From the sequence record NC_042100.1: a stretch of DNA of 64,000 nucleotides. One strand, given 5' to 3'. A model generated the notes under the pieces. It was not told the DNA's origin. It saw only the letters and a program-made list of their open reading frames with translations, and searched no databases. A program made the translations under genes and the position numbers. The first letter of the stretch is position 1. Each line of letters begins with the position of its first letter. Shown piece by piece: positions 19,127 to 28,484 of the stretch.

Positions 19127-20179
19127 TTAGATCGGTGGAGAGGTCGGTGAACCTTTGTTACCAGTGTGTTTGTGGTTCTTCAATGATACGCCTGCGGCTA
19201 CAACGTCCACTTCGGATTCTACTACATCCTGAGCTTTAATGCCACCGGAGGTTGCTAAGGTCCCACCTGAACCACCCGGACCTGCGGTACAGCTCATACC
19301 GCCAGCTACCCCTAAGTTACCTTGAATCCCTACGTTACCTTGAATCGTGTTAGTCGGACACACAATACTAATGGAATCTCCCTTCCAATCGGTTTTCTTA
19401 GCATTCATCGTCAAGGAATTAGTTGTAACTTTCATGGTTCCAGAGTCCATAACAAAGTCATTACATTTAACGAAGAACTTATCCGTTTTCATGTTAATCG
19501 ACTTAGCGGCTTCGAACAACTGTGTTCCCTTGTTAATTAAGGAGATGTCTTTACGATTGATGTTAAAGATAGAACCTTCACGGTTACGCATCACCCAAGA
19601 GTGTTTTAATGAATCCAAGGCAAATGCGTTTTTCTCCGTATCCGTTAAAGACCATGTTCCGTTCCGAGTATTAAATCCAAGTCGGTAAGCGACGGGTTCT
19701 TTGTTTGCTTGTGTGGTCTTAAACACAACTTCTTGGTGTCGGGTAGAGAAAACCAGTGTGTAATAATCGTCAAAACTAAAAGGTGCGTTTTTATCCACAT
19801 GAGGATTGGCATTCCATGCATACAACACATGTTCCAATCGGAATGTTTCGTTTCCTATCCCCCATGTTGTCCAGTAGATTTGATCATCGTCATTAAACTT
19901 GTAAAGCGCGACCTTAGATCCCACACGAACGTCAGGGGCGGTTAAACGGTTAGGGTTAAACGGCATCCACTTGGCGGTATAAAAATTAGCACGTAAACCT
20001 TTACTGGTTTGATAACCAGTTTCACCGGTAGGGTTGGAGCTGGACACGGGTACCGCGTTGGCTATCCCCGCACCGTCGGTCTGTGGGAACTCCACTTTAT
20101 TCGTCACATTGACGTAGTAAGAGTTTTCAGGTTTGTTCTCCAATACGGTCCCGACTCCGATGAAATTAAGTAAATTCAT
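19127..20179 (-). CDS. Baseplate central spike (gpV/gp5-like; phiKZ gp164-like)
   Basis: OB-fold-like N-terminus (APDVRVGSKVALY), beta-repeat middle, C-terminal SLKNHKHTG with the HxH metal-binding apex motif; divergent from SbcC as in phiKZ. Confidence 0.8.
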   Translation of the reverse strand: MNLLNFIGVGTVLENKPENSYYVNVTNKVEFPQTDGAGIANAVPVSSSNPTGETGYQTSKGLRANFYTAKWMPFNPNRLTAPDVRVGSKVALYKFNDDDQIYWTTWGIGNETFRLEHVLYAWNANPHVDKNAPFSFDDYYTLVFSTRHQEVVFKTTQANKEPVAYRLGFNTRNGTWSLTDTEKNAFALDSLKHSWVMRNREGSIFNINRKDISLINKGTQLFEAAKSINMKTDKFFVKCNDFVMDSGTMKVTTNSLTMNAKKTDWKGDSISIVCPTNTIQGNVGIQGNLGVAGGMSCTAGPGGSGGTLATSGGIKAQDVVESEVDVVAAGVSLKNHKHTGNKGSPTSPPI

Positions 20180-20229
20180 ACATAGGGTCCTATAGATAAG
20201 TAGGGTAAATTAATTAAAGAGTTTTTTCA

Positions 20230-22707
20230 ATGATCACAGAATTACGTTTAAAGAATAACACGGGTCTGCTCACCAAAGGCACACGTTCTGTGGAATTAAC
20301 GTTAACAGATCTAGTTAACATTTTCATGGGCAGGAACGGGTACGGTAAAACCAGTCTATTAAAAGAATGTCACCCATTACCACCGGATAATGCGGATTAC
20401 GCCAAGGGTGGGTACAAATACGTAAAATGGGTGGTGTCAGAACAAGAGTTTTACATCATGGAATCCCACACCGGGAGTTCTTCCACACACTCCTTCAAAA
20501 AGAACGGAGTAGAAGAGCTCAACACGGGTGGAACACTCACTGTTCAAAAAGAGTTGTGTAAACAATACTTCGGACTAACACCGAACTTAGTTAAATACAT
20601 GAGTGGGTTAAAGGTTAACGATTTATTTACAACCCTATCCACAGCAGTAAGAAAACAGATCATCATGGACATGTATCCGAATGACACTCGTTATGCGGTA
20701 AACGTCTACAATAAAATCAAATCAGAACTCCGCAACTGCGTTGGTGCGATTAAAAATCAACACCACCGTTTGGCTGAAGAAAATCAGCGTAAAGAACAAC
20801 TCATGGGTAAGAAAGTCCCGGAGCTAGAACAAGACATAGAGAAGCTTGATACCCGAATCAAAGAAGCAATGGTGTTATCAGGAGCACTGGACGGTGTTAA
20901 TCCCCCTAATGAAAACCTTCAGCAGGAGATGCGTCGTTTTATTAAACTGACCAAAGAGTTGGTGGTGGGTTCAGTCACTACGGTGCAGACACCTAGGGAA
21001 CTCGAATTAACGTGTACCCAATACAAACGTATCATGACTGCCAAGAATCTTAAGATCGGCATCTACCGTTCTAAGATTACTGATTTGATGGAAACGTTGA
21101 GCGGAGTTAACTACGTCACGGAAACCCCAGAGGTTTTGGAACAACAACGTCAAGATCTACTCGCTTTACAAAAACATGACATTGAAGTCTTTGAAGACTC
21201 AAAGCGTATTGTGGAAGAAGTCTTTGGAGAAGTTAAAGACGATGTCATCGATCTACTGAGTCGTGCCTCGGGTCAACTGGTAAGTGTGTTAGAACAAGTA
21301 ACGTTGGCAAGTAGCGATAAGGTTACATTGTTGGATTATCGCTTATGGGAAGAACGCCTTGAGGAAATCAACAACCAAGGTCGTAACCTGAAGTATCAAA
21401 CTGAAGAACTTCGTCATCAACTAAAACATTTCGACATGACTGAAGATATGCAGTGTCCGGAATGTGATCACGAGTTCAAGCCCGGTTTTGATCTTAAAGA
21501 CGTGGAGTTAAAACGCAAAGAACTCACCCGCCTCGAACAAACGTTACAAACCGTGCGTGATCAAAGAGAATCCCTCAAGAAACGTCTGGCTTTAGATGAG
21601 GAATTCTACACCACATTATCTAAAGTGGTTTCCACAGCACGTTACCTTGATGACGACGATCGCACCTTACTAAATATCCTAAAGGACCACCGAGTTGGTT
21701 ATAGGGACGCAACGCCATTAATCAATGGCATCAAAATGGCGGTTGTGTATAGGGAACGTCGTGACCTGTTAAATCAACATCAAGCAGAGATACAATCTCT
21801 CACTATTCGTATTGACGCGTTACGAAGAAATGATATTTCTGAACTGTCGCGTCAATTAACAGAGCTAGAATCGTTGTTGGCAAGTGAAATGGAGTCATTG
21901 CGACGATTCAACGATAAACTAAGTAAAGTTGAATACAAACTGGAGGAAATGCAAACACGAGATGCAAAAATTGATTTACTGGAAACGCTTAGAGACCACA
22001 TCCTAGAGTCTTTTAAAGACAAAGGTCGTTATATCTTAAAGCAGGCCACCAGTAACGCCATTAACGACTGGGTACCGACTAAAGATCGTTACATGCAAAT
22101 GTTGATCCGTGGTCGCTCTACTGAGTCTGTTATACGTTCCATCGAAGAAGACATTCAACGATTAGAAGAACGTCGTGATAAATTACAATTATTACAAGAC
22201 ACAATCTGTCCTAATAAGGGAATGATTGCTAAGTTAATGGAAGACTTTATTAAAGCACTAGTAGGAAACATGAATGCCATTATTCGCGAGGTGTTCACTA
22301 CGCCGCTTTACATATTGCCTTGTGTCAATAACAAAGGTGAGTTGTCGTATCGTTTCCCAGTCATTAACTCTGTAGATGGTAAACCGTCTAAAGACGTTAG
22401 TGATTGTTCGGGTGGGGAACAAGACATCATCAACCTAGCATTCCGTATGGTGTTGATGCGCTACCAATCACAAAACCGATTCCCGTTAATACTGGATGAG
22501 GTGGGTGTAAAACTGGATGCGTTCCACCAACAACGTTTGTTTGATTATATCTTGAATATCTCGACTAATGGTAGTGTTGCCCAAATCCTTATGGTCTCGC
22601 ACTTCTTTAGTCATACGAGTATGTTTAAAGATCCTAACGTCATTGCTTTGAACTCCGAGGGTATTAGTGTTCCGGAAGACGCGAACCGGAAGGCGAAGTT
22701 CAAATAA
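20230..22707 (+). CDS. sbcC: SbcC/Rad50-like SMC ATPase
   Basis: Walker A GRNGYGKT, coiled coils, Zn hook CPEC, signature CSGGEQ, Walker B LILDE, H-loop VSH. Confidence 0.92.
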   Translation: MITELRLKNNTGLLTKGTRSVELTLTDLVNIFMGRNGYGKTSLLKECHPLPPDNADYAKGGYKYVKWVVSEQEFYIMESHTGSSSTHSFKKNGVEELNTGGTLTVQKELCKQYFGLTPNLVKYMSGLKVNDLFTTLSTAVRKQIIMDMYPNDTRYAVNVYNKIKSELRNCVGAIKNQHHRLAEENQRKEQLMGKKVPELEQDIEKLDTRIKEAMVLSGALDGVNPPNENLQQEMRRFIKLTKELVVGSVTTVQTPRELELTCTQYKRIMTAKNLKIGIYRSKITDLMETLSGVNYVTETPEVLEQQRQDLLALQKHDIEVFEDSKRIVEEVFGEVKDDVIDLLSRASGQLVSVLEQVTLASSDKVTLLDYRLWEERLEEINNQGRNLKYQTEELRHQLKHFDMTEDMQCPECDHEFKPGFDLKDVELKRKELTRLEQTLQTVRDQRESLKKRLALDEEFYTTLSKVVSTARYLDDDDRTLLNILKDHRVGYRDATPLINGIKMAVVYRERRDLLNQHQAEIQSLTIRIDALRRNDISELSRQLTELESLLASEMESLRRFNDKLSKVEYKLEEMQTRDAKIDLLETLRDHILESFKDKGRYILKQATSNAINDWVPTKDRYMQMLIRGRSTESVIRSIEEDIQRLEERRDKLQLLQDTICPNKGMIAKLMEDFIKALVGNMNAIIREVFTTPLYILPCVNNKGELSYRFPVINSVDGKPSKDVSDCSGGEQDIINLAFRMVLMRYQSQNRFPLILDEVGVKLDAFHQQRLFDYILNISTNGSVAQILMVSHFFSHTSMFKDPNVIALNSEGISVPEDANRKAKFK

Positions 22708-22714
22708 ATTTAAA

Positions 22715-22732
22715 TCTATATTATCTGAGTGT
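22715..22732 (+). promoter_or_regulatory. Putative early (virion-RNAP) promoter, copy 1
   Basis: TCTATATTATCTGAGTGT; matches three other intergenic copies and the phiKZ TATATTAC early motif. Confidence 0.75.
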
Positions 22733-22797
22733 CTTAGTGATTCGTAACAGCTAAAACACTTTTATAGACACTCAGTTTTTTAAAGGAAGTTTACATT

Positions 22798-23070
22798 ATG
22801 TCGAACACAAAAGCACCCGTCTCTTTACGAGGCACTTATGACCCTACTGGTGTGATCCAGTGTGACCAAAACGGTACCGAAGAAATTTCGGTGGTTTACA
22901 ACCGAGTACAAAATCACTTGCAAGCCTCAGTATGTATCAACGGCGAAACTAAAGCCTTCGTTACTTTTGGTATTAACGGAGAGCGAGCGGTTAACACGTT
23001 TGTGCAAGGTTACGGCGACCAAACCCGACTAGAGCAGTCTATTCAGAACATCATGTCGGCGGTCCACTAA
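22798..23070 (+). CDS. Hypothetical protein, 90 aa
   Basis: SD AAGGA; first gene after the early motif. Confidence 0.7.
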   Translation: MSNTKAPVSLRGTYDPTGVIQCDQNGTEEISVVYNRVQNHLQASVCINGETKAFVTFGINGERAVNTFVQGYGDQTRLEQSIQNIMSAVH

Positions 23071-23080
23071 TGAAGTTTAA

Positions 23081-23110
23081 ATTCGCGGGGTGGGTTGCCA
23101 TCTCGCGAAT
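23081..23110 (+). terminator. Stem-loop (terminator or processing site)
   Basis: ATTCGCGGGGTGG-gttg-CCATCTCGCGAAT followed by TT. Confidence 0.6.
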
Positions 23111-23130
23111 TTACTTGTTATGGAGTCTTT

Positions 23131-23574
23131 ATGAACAAACAGACAATTGATAATGCCATCCCACTTAGTGAAACCGAAGGAACATTCACCCAAGGTTATC
23201 ATCGATTAAATGTAAAATTAAGTGTCTCTTTTAATCCTTACGAACAAGTAATTTTAGTTTGTAATGATTTTGAATTTGGTCAAGATGGAAGTGTGTTCAA
23301 TAATGGGGTACTTCGTACCGCCGATGAGGTCCAGTGGTTAGACGTAATCCCGGAAGACCCTATAGCGGACGCTGTGCAAACCATGAGTGAGCAAATCGCT
23401 ACCCCCGGTCTTTTATTTGATCGAGTTGACGATAAATACCGAGAGAAATTTGTAGAGATGCAACTGGTGTTATTGGAGTCGTTCAAAACACAAACCCAAG
23501 ATTTAAAACAAAACATCCGCAGTGATCTTTACAAATTTAAACAGCAAATCGAAACCACTAAACACATTAACTAG
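23131..23574 (+). CDS. Hypothetical protein, 147 aa
   Basis: Start moved to ATG 23131 (SD GGAG); the track start lies inside the hairpin. Confidence 0.65.
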   Translation: MNKQTIDNAIPLSETEGTFTQGYHRLNVKLSVSFNPYEQVILVCNDFEFGQDGSVFNNGVLRTADEVQWLDVIPEDPIADAVQTMSEQIATPGLLFDRVDDKYREKFVEMQLVLLESFKTQTQDLKQNIRSDLYKFKQQIETTKHIN

Positions 23575-23583
23575 GAACTTTTT

Positions 23584-24219
23584 ATGCACATCACATTTGA
23601 CATGGACGACACCCTTACCGCCACTCACCAATACATCCGAGACAACTTAGAACCAACGAGTGAAGAAAGCCTTTACGCGATGGTGACCGCGGACCGAGAA
23701 GGCCATGCATACGTTAACGCTGGTGCCGTTCTGCAAACCGATATCTATGAACAAATACTTCGTGGCGAAGAGTTCATGTTAGAATCTGGTGTCGCTAAAT
23801 GGGTTCGTGATGAATACGAACAGTTCTGTGAATTGATCACGACGCTTAAAAACCTCGGTCATACTTTTAGTATTTGCACACACCGTGGTTGGACCGAAAC
23901 CGGTTCGGAGAAAACGATGGAATGGTTAAAAACCAAAGCACTCGATATGTTCGAAGTAATTCATTGCTTGGATTCTAAAGTTCATCCTTGTAAATTGACT
24001 TACCTCGAAGACTTATACGGTCGAGATTTCATTATCGTGGATGATAACCCTTACCACGGTATCGATCGTGCTAAGGAACTTGATTTCAATCAAAACGTGA
24101 TTCAGTGTGTGGGTGAACACATCGTGCCGGAGTACGTACACTTCCGTACGTTCGACACTTTCACAACATTCAAAGAACATCTATTAACCTTATTAGGAGT
24201 AGACCATGAGTCTATTTAA
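23584..24219 (+). CDS. HAD-superfamily phosphatase, 5'(3')-deoxyribonucleotidase-like
   Basis: Motif I FDMDDTL, motif II ICTHR, motif III K, motif IV IVDDNP. Confidence 0.8.
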   Translation: MHITFDMDDTLTATHQYIRDNLEPTSEESLYAMVTADREGHAYVNAGAVLQTDIYEQILRGEEFMLESGVAKWVRDEYEQFCELITTLKNLGHTFSICTHRGWTETGSEKTMEWLKTKALDMFEVIHCLDSKVHPCKLTYLEDLYGRDFIIVDDNPYHGIDRAKELDFNQNVIQCVGEHIVPEYVHFRTFDTFTTFKEHLLTLLGVDHESI

Positions 24220-26167
24220 AGCACGACTAGAAAGTCTGGTTAAACAAATCCGCTACCACGCTTCGGTTTATTACCGAGAAGACCGTAGTGAAATCAGTGA
24301 CGCTGATTACGACTTACTCGTCCAAGAATACAATCAGTTGATTTCTGATCATCCCGAACTCCTTACTGAAGAAAACGATCTCTTCAAGGGTAAGGCGGTC
24401 CCTATTGCTGAAGTTAACTCTGAGTTTGAGAAGATCTCTCATGAGCCTCCCATGTTGTCTCTGGATAACGTCTTCACTATTGAAGAATACGAGTCTTGGA
24501 AAGACGGACTCGAACCAGAAGATCAAAACGATCTAGAACTGGAGTGGAAGTTTGATGGGATCGCTTTACGACTCACTTATGAGAACGGTAAGCTGAAATC
24601 TCTTGCAACACGTGGCACAGGGTTGATAGGCGAGGACGTGACTGTTAACGTCGATCACTTCTCTAACATCCCTAGAGAACTCCCTGAGGACTTTACAGAG
24701 GACAAGGAGATCATTATAGATGGTGAAGGTGTCATCGATCTAAAGTTATACGAAGAACTTAATGATCTGGTCCCTAAGCCTTATGTTACTCCTCGTCATG
24801 CCGCAGCCGGTATTACCCGTAATCGTAAGTTAAAAGAGCTGGTTACTGGGAGTCTGGTCTTTATCGCACACTCGTTCCCTAGAGCAATTAAAAGCAGCTA
24901 CGAAGATACGATGTATGCATTAATTGCTTTGGGTTTCAGTACACCTAAGGAATATCGCGTTCAACACATTACCACCGACCGACCGTCTCACTTACCGTTT
25001 GCCGTGGATGGCATCGTCGCAAAGGTTCGTAATTATGAGAGCCGTGTCAAACTCGGTGAAACTAATCACCATCCTCGTTGGGCGACTGCGTTTAAATTCC
25101 CAACTTTAGTCGAAACACCTAAGTTAGAAGATGTGGTCTGGGAAACAGGACGTACGGGCACCATTACTCCCGTGGCTCAGTTTCTCCCAGTGGTGATTGC
25201 CGGGGTTACAGTTCAACGTGCCACGCTATACAACTTCCGAACGTTCCAACGAGAATCAGAAGGGTTACGTGTTGGGTCAGTGATTAAGGTTGGGATGTCC
25301 GGTGACATCATCCCTAAGTTCTTCTCAGTAGAGAAAGTAGGTAAGGGGCGTCAATGTAACGCTCCTCGCGACTGTCCGTCTTGTGGCGAACCACTGCGTT
25401 TTGAAGGGCAAAGTAAGGAACAAGTGTTTCTGACGTGTACGAACCACGCTAAGTGCCCTGCTCAAACCCTTGGTCGTTTGTACAACTACGGGTCCGTAGA
25501 CGCGATGAACATCCGTGGGTTAGGTCCGGCTTCTATTGCTCGATTTAACGAGCTTGGTGTTCTGAATACGTTTGTTGATTTGTATCACTTACGTACCATG
25601 ACACAAAACCAAACCCTAAGTAAAACCGAGATGAATTTGTTGGATGCGATTGATGAAAGTCGAACCACTACTTTTGCTCGCTTTATTACCGGGTTAGGAA
25701 TTAATGGCGTTGGTAAAGGTATAGCCAGAGAGTTATCTAAACACATCAAGGATAAAGATGAGTTATTACCTTTATTAGAAGACCAAGCGGCGTTGATGGA
25801 AATCCCTGATATCGGTTGGGGTATCAGTATGAACATCGCAAGTTACGTTAAAGAGAATCGACGCACTATTGAGGAACTCCTCGATTTACTGGAGTTTGAG
25901 GCTACGGAGATTCCTGACTACAGCACTCAGGTTACCGTTACCGGGAAGTTCCCATTCCGTCGTAAGGAAATCGAAGCGTGCTTTGCTGAGCAAGGTTATG
26001 AAGTCACTGATCGAGTTACTTCTAAAACCAAACTCATCGTGTTAGGTGAACACCCGACACAGCATAAGGTGGACACAGCTAAAGAACTTGGCAAGCCTGT
26101 CTTGGACATTGCGGTGCATCCTGAACTCACCGTAAATGAATTATTAAAAGAAGTACAGGGGTATTAA
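24206..26167 (+). CDS. ligA: NAD-dependent DNA ligase
   Basis: ISDADYD, MLSLDN, EWKFDG adenylation motif, DGIVAK, PRWATAFKF, Zn finger CPSC..C..C, HhH motifs and C-terminal BRCT. Confidence 0.96.
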   Translation: MSLFKARLESLVKQIRYHASVYYREDRSEISDADYDLLVQEYNQLISDHPELLTEENDLFKGKAVPIAEVNSEFEKISHEPPMLSLDNVFTIEEYESWKDGLEPEDQNDLELEWKFDGIALRLTYENGKLKSLATRGTGLIGEDVTVNVDHFSNIPRELPEDFTEDKEIIIDGEGVIDLKLYEELNDLVPKPYVTPRHAAAGITRNRKLKELVTGSLVFIAHSFPRAIKSSYEDTMYALIALGFSTPKEYRVQHITTDRPSHLPFAVDGIVAKVRNYESRVKLGETNHHPRWATAFKFPTLVETPKLEDVVWETGRTGTITPVAQFLPVVIAGVTVQRATLYNFRTFQRESEGLRVGSVIKVGMSGDIIPKFFSVEKVGKGRQCNAPRDCPSCGEPLRFEGQSKEQVFLTCTNHAKCPAQTLGRLYNYGSVDAMNIRGLGPASIARFNELGVLNTFVDLYHLRTMTQNQTLSKTEMNLLDAIDESRTTTFARFITGLGINGVGKGIARELSKHIKDKDELLPLLEDQAALMEIPDIGWGISMNIASYVKENRRTIEELLDLLEFEATEIPDYSTQVTVTGKFPFRRKEIEACFAEQGYEVTDRVTSKTKLIVLGEHPTQHKVDTAKELGKPVLDIAVHPELTVNELLKEVQGY

Positions 26168-26197
26168 TTACCCCTCCCATCCTAAAGAGGAACCATA

Positions 26198-26500
26198 ATG
26201 ACGAAACTGTATTTAGTGACTCTTCATATCGGAGAGAAAACTGGAGCGGAGATTGAAGATTGCTTAAAAGCATTCCCTAAGACTCGCTTCCATTCAGTTG
26301 ATAAGTATCAAGTGACTTATTACACTAAGATCGCAAACGAAAATGTAATCTTGAATGAACTGGAAGACGTCACGGGTATTTCTACTGCCGGCGTTGAGTT
26401 AATGGAACTGAACGACCATCATTTCGTTATCGTGCTAAAAGCCGACGGCGATGTCCATTTTACTAAGAAAGATCACCACCTAGCGTCATCTTTATTTTAA
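26198..26500 (+). CDS. Hypothetical protein, 100 aa
   Basis: SD GAGGA; co-oriented ORF. Confidence 0.7.
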   Translation: MTKLYLVTLHIGEKTGAEIEDCLKAFPKTRFHSVDKYQVTYYTKIANENVILNELEDVTGISTAGVELMELNDHHFVIVLKADGDVHFTKKDHHLASSLF

Positions 26501-26527
26501 ACCACCCATTAAAAGGAAAAATACAAC

Positions 26528-27772
26528 ATGTCTAGCAAAAAAGCAAAAGCACCAGTTCCTGTAACCGCTGCATCAGTGGAAGAAACGTCTATCGAAACTA
26601 CACCTGTGGTTACAGAAGAGAAACTTTCTTATGTTGAGTTAGGGAATGGGATTGTTGACCGAGATGGTAAAATCCATACCGTTAAGGAACATGCGGTTGG
26701 TGTCTTTAAACTCAAAGATGTGATTAAAGACAACCTCTCTTTCCTCCACTCATTTAACCAAGCGAAATCATGGTTGACTCAAAATGTTGGGTTTCGTCCA
26801 TTTAAGGGGGATGATTCCACTCCTTTGGAAGAAACTGAACTTTATCAGATTAACGTAGATGATAAAACTACGGTTTTCATGGATGAAGATTCCGTGGTGA
26901 AATTCGATAAAAATAAACCACATGATTTCTATTGGTACGGAGATGAAGACAAAAACACCGGACCAGTTGTACTTATTGTGATCGGGTCTCACATCGATCT
27001 TGGTGAAGTTTTACACTCAACTCACAATAATGGTTATTCGTTGCTTTATAACCTGACCGGTAGAATCAACACCTTAAAAAGCTCCGTTGTGTTATCCGAT
27101 AATCAAGGTCGTCGTTCTGAAATCGATTGTGGTTCAATCATCAATTCCGAAGTCACATTCAATGGATACCGATTTAAGGTAACCTCGTTGGACAACGTGA
27201 CGATTGCCAATAGTTTCGTTGACATGGAAGGGTATGTGAGTGATGCTGCTATTAAAGATTCGCACATTTCCTTAAACAAATATTCAGCCATCAGTAATGC
27301 AGATATCTACCGCTCACACATCATGTGTGATGCTTTCAACGTTGGTCGACGTTCAAAACCCGGTGCGTATGTTCCGCGTTTATCAGTTCATAATCTCCAT
27401 CTATACTTTAATGGTGATAGCTTTGACATTCGTCGTGGGTTTGAATACGACACCATTGGCGGTGGCTATAATTACCAGTCTCTTTCGTTTATCCCACTTC
27501 AACGTAATGCGGATACGACAGAATTCATGTTGTATGCACCAAAACTTGAAGATCGTGATTACGCCACACCAACCGCTAAAATCACATGGGATATGGATAA
27601 ATCAGAACTCCGTAAGATCGTCAAGTCACTGATCGATCCTAGAAGTAAATCAGACGATTCTCCACTAGCTGGCATCGGAACTATCCAGTCTTCTATTGTT
27701 GAAGAAGCGGTATCGGTTCTGTATAACCGTTTACGCATCATTAAGCAAACACGCTTTGCTGAAGAACTTTAA
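26528..27772 (+). CDS. Hypothetical protein with beta-solenoid-like repeats, 414 aa
   Basis: Recurring I.(N/D/R)S.(I/V) units: IINSEV, IANSFV, IKDSHI, IYRSHI. Confidence 0.6.
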   Translation: MSSKKAKAPVPVTAASVEETSIETTPVVTEEKLSYVELGNGIVDRDGKIHTVKEHAVGVFKLKDVIKDNLSFLHSFNQAKSWLTQNVGFRPFKGDDSTPLEETELYQINVDDKTTVFMDEDSVVKFDKNKPHDFYWYGDEDKNTGPVVLIVIGSHIDLGEVLHSTHNNGYSLLYNLTGRINTLKSSVVLSDNQGRRSEIDCGSIINSEVTFNGYRFKVTSLDNVTIANSFVDMEGYVSDAAIKDSHISLNKYSAISNADIYRSHIMCDAFNVGRRSKPGAYVPRLSVHNLHLYFNGDSFDIRRGFEYDTIGGGYNYQSLSFIPLQRNADTTEFMLYAPKLEDRDYATPTAKITWDMDKSELRKIVKSLIDPRSKSDDSPLAGIGTIQSSIVEEAVSVLYNRLRIIKQTRFAEEL

Positions 27773-27782
27773 TCACTAACGA

Positions 27783-27817
27783 ATCCCTTAGAGCACCTTA
27801 CCGGGGCTCTAAGGGAT
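27783..27817 (+). terminator. Stem-loop
   Basis: ATCCCTTAGAGC...GCTCTAAGGGAT, 12-bp stem. Confidence 0.6.
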
Positions 27818-27829
27818 AAAGGAGTTACC

Positions 27830-28312
27830 ATGGATACTTTACCAACCACAGAAGTAGACATTTATATCAACGGTGAACAAAAGACCATCACCGTAACCAT
27901 CAGCAACAAACCTCTGCTCATCCCAATGGTCATTAATGCCGCTATGGATGACGATCCTTTTATTAAACTCGCTATCAATGAGTGGGTAAGTAAATACCCT
28001 GAGGATGGTGTTATTTACTCCTATGAGAGCGATGACGGGATGTTAACCCTAGAGTTTGAACCAGAGTGCATCTTGGACATTGAAATTGATCCAGCGTTCC
28101 GTACGGCGTTTTGGACGTTTGGTAGCTCATGGGGAGGTCGCTTACGTGTGGAAGGTCGTTGTGGGTTGTTTAATTCACACATCCCAGATAGCGGCGTAGT
28201 GATGCGAGATTCGTTCTTATTTAGTCAAGACACACTAACCCCCGGGGTGAGGCTCTACGACACCACTATGATCAAATTAGAAGGCAATACGCGTAACGTT
28301 CACATTACTTAA
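27830..28312 (+). CDS. Hypothetical protein, 160 aa
   Basis: SD AAGGAG; C-terminus has short beta-repeat-like segments. Confidence 0.7.
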   Translation: MDTLPTTEVDIYINGEQKTITVTISNKPLLIPMVINAAMDDDPFIKLAINEWVSKYPEDGVIYSYESDDGMLTLEFEPECILDIEIDPAFRTAFWTFGSSWGGRLRVEGRCGLFNSHIPDSGVVMRDSFLFSQDTLTPGVRLYDTTMIKLEGNTRNVHIT

Positions 28313-28318
28313 CAACAT

Positions 28319-28347
28319 ATCCCCTTCCCTAACACAGGGAAGGGGAT
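28319..28347 (+). terminator. Intrinsic terminator
   Basis: ATCCCCTTCCCT-aacac-AGGGAAGGGGAT followed by an AT-rich tract. Confidence 0.75.
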
Positions 28348-28484
28348 AATTATAATTATTTCTTAACTGTATTTTCTATCTTTTTGGGGAGGGGGAGAAA
28401 GAAAAACAAAAAACGATGTCTATTTATTATTTTTAATATATATATATATACCAACAAATCAATTAACCTTTAATAAGGAATAAC

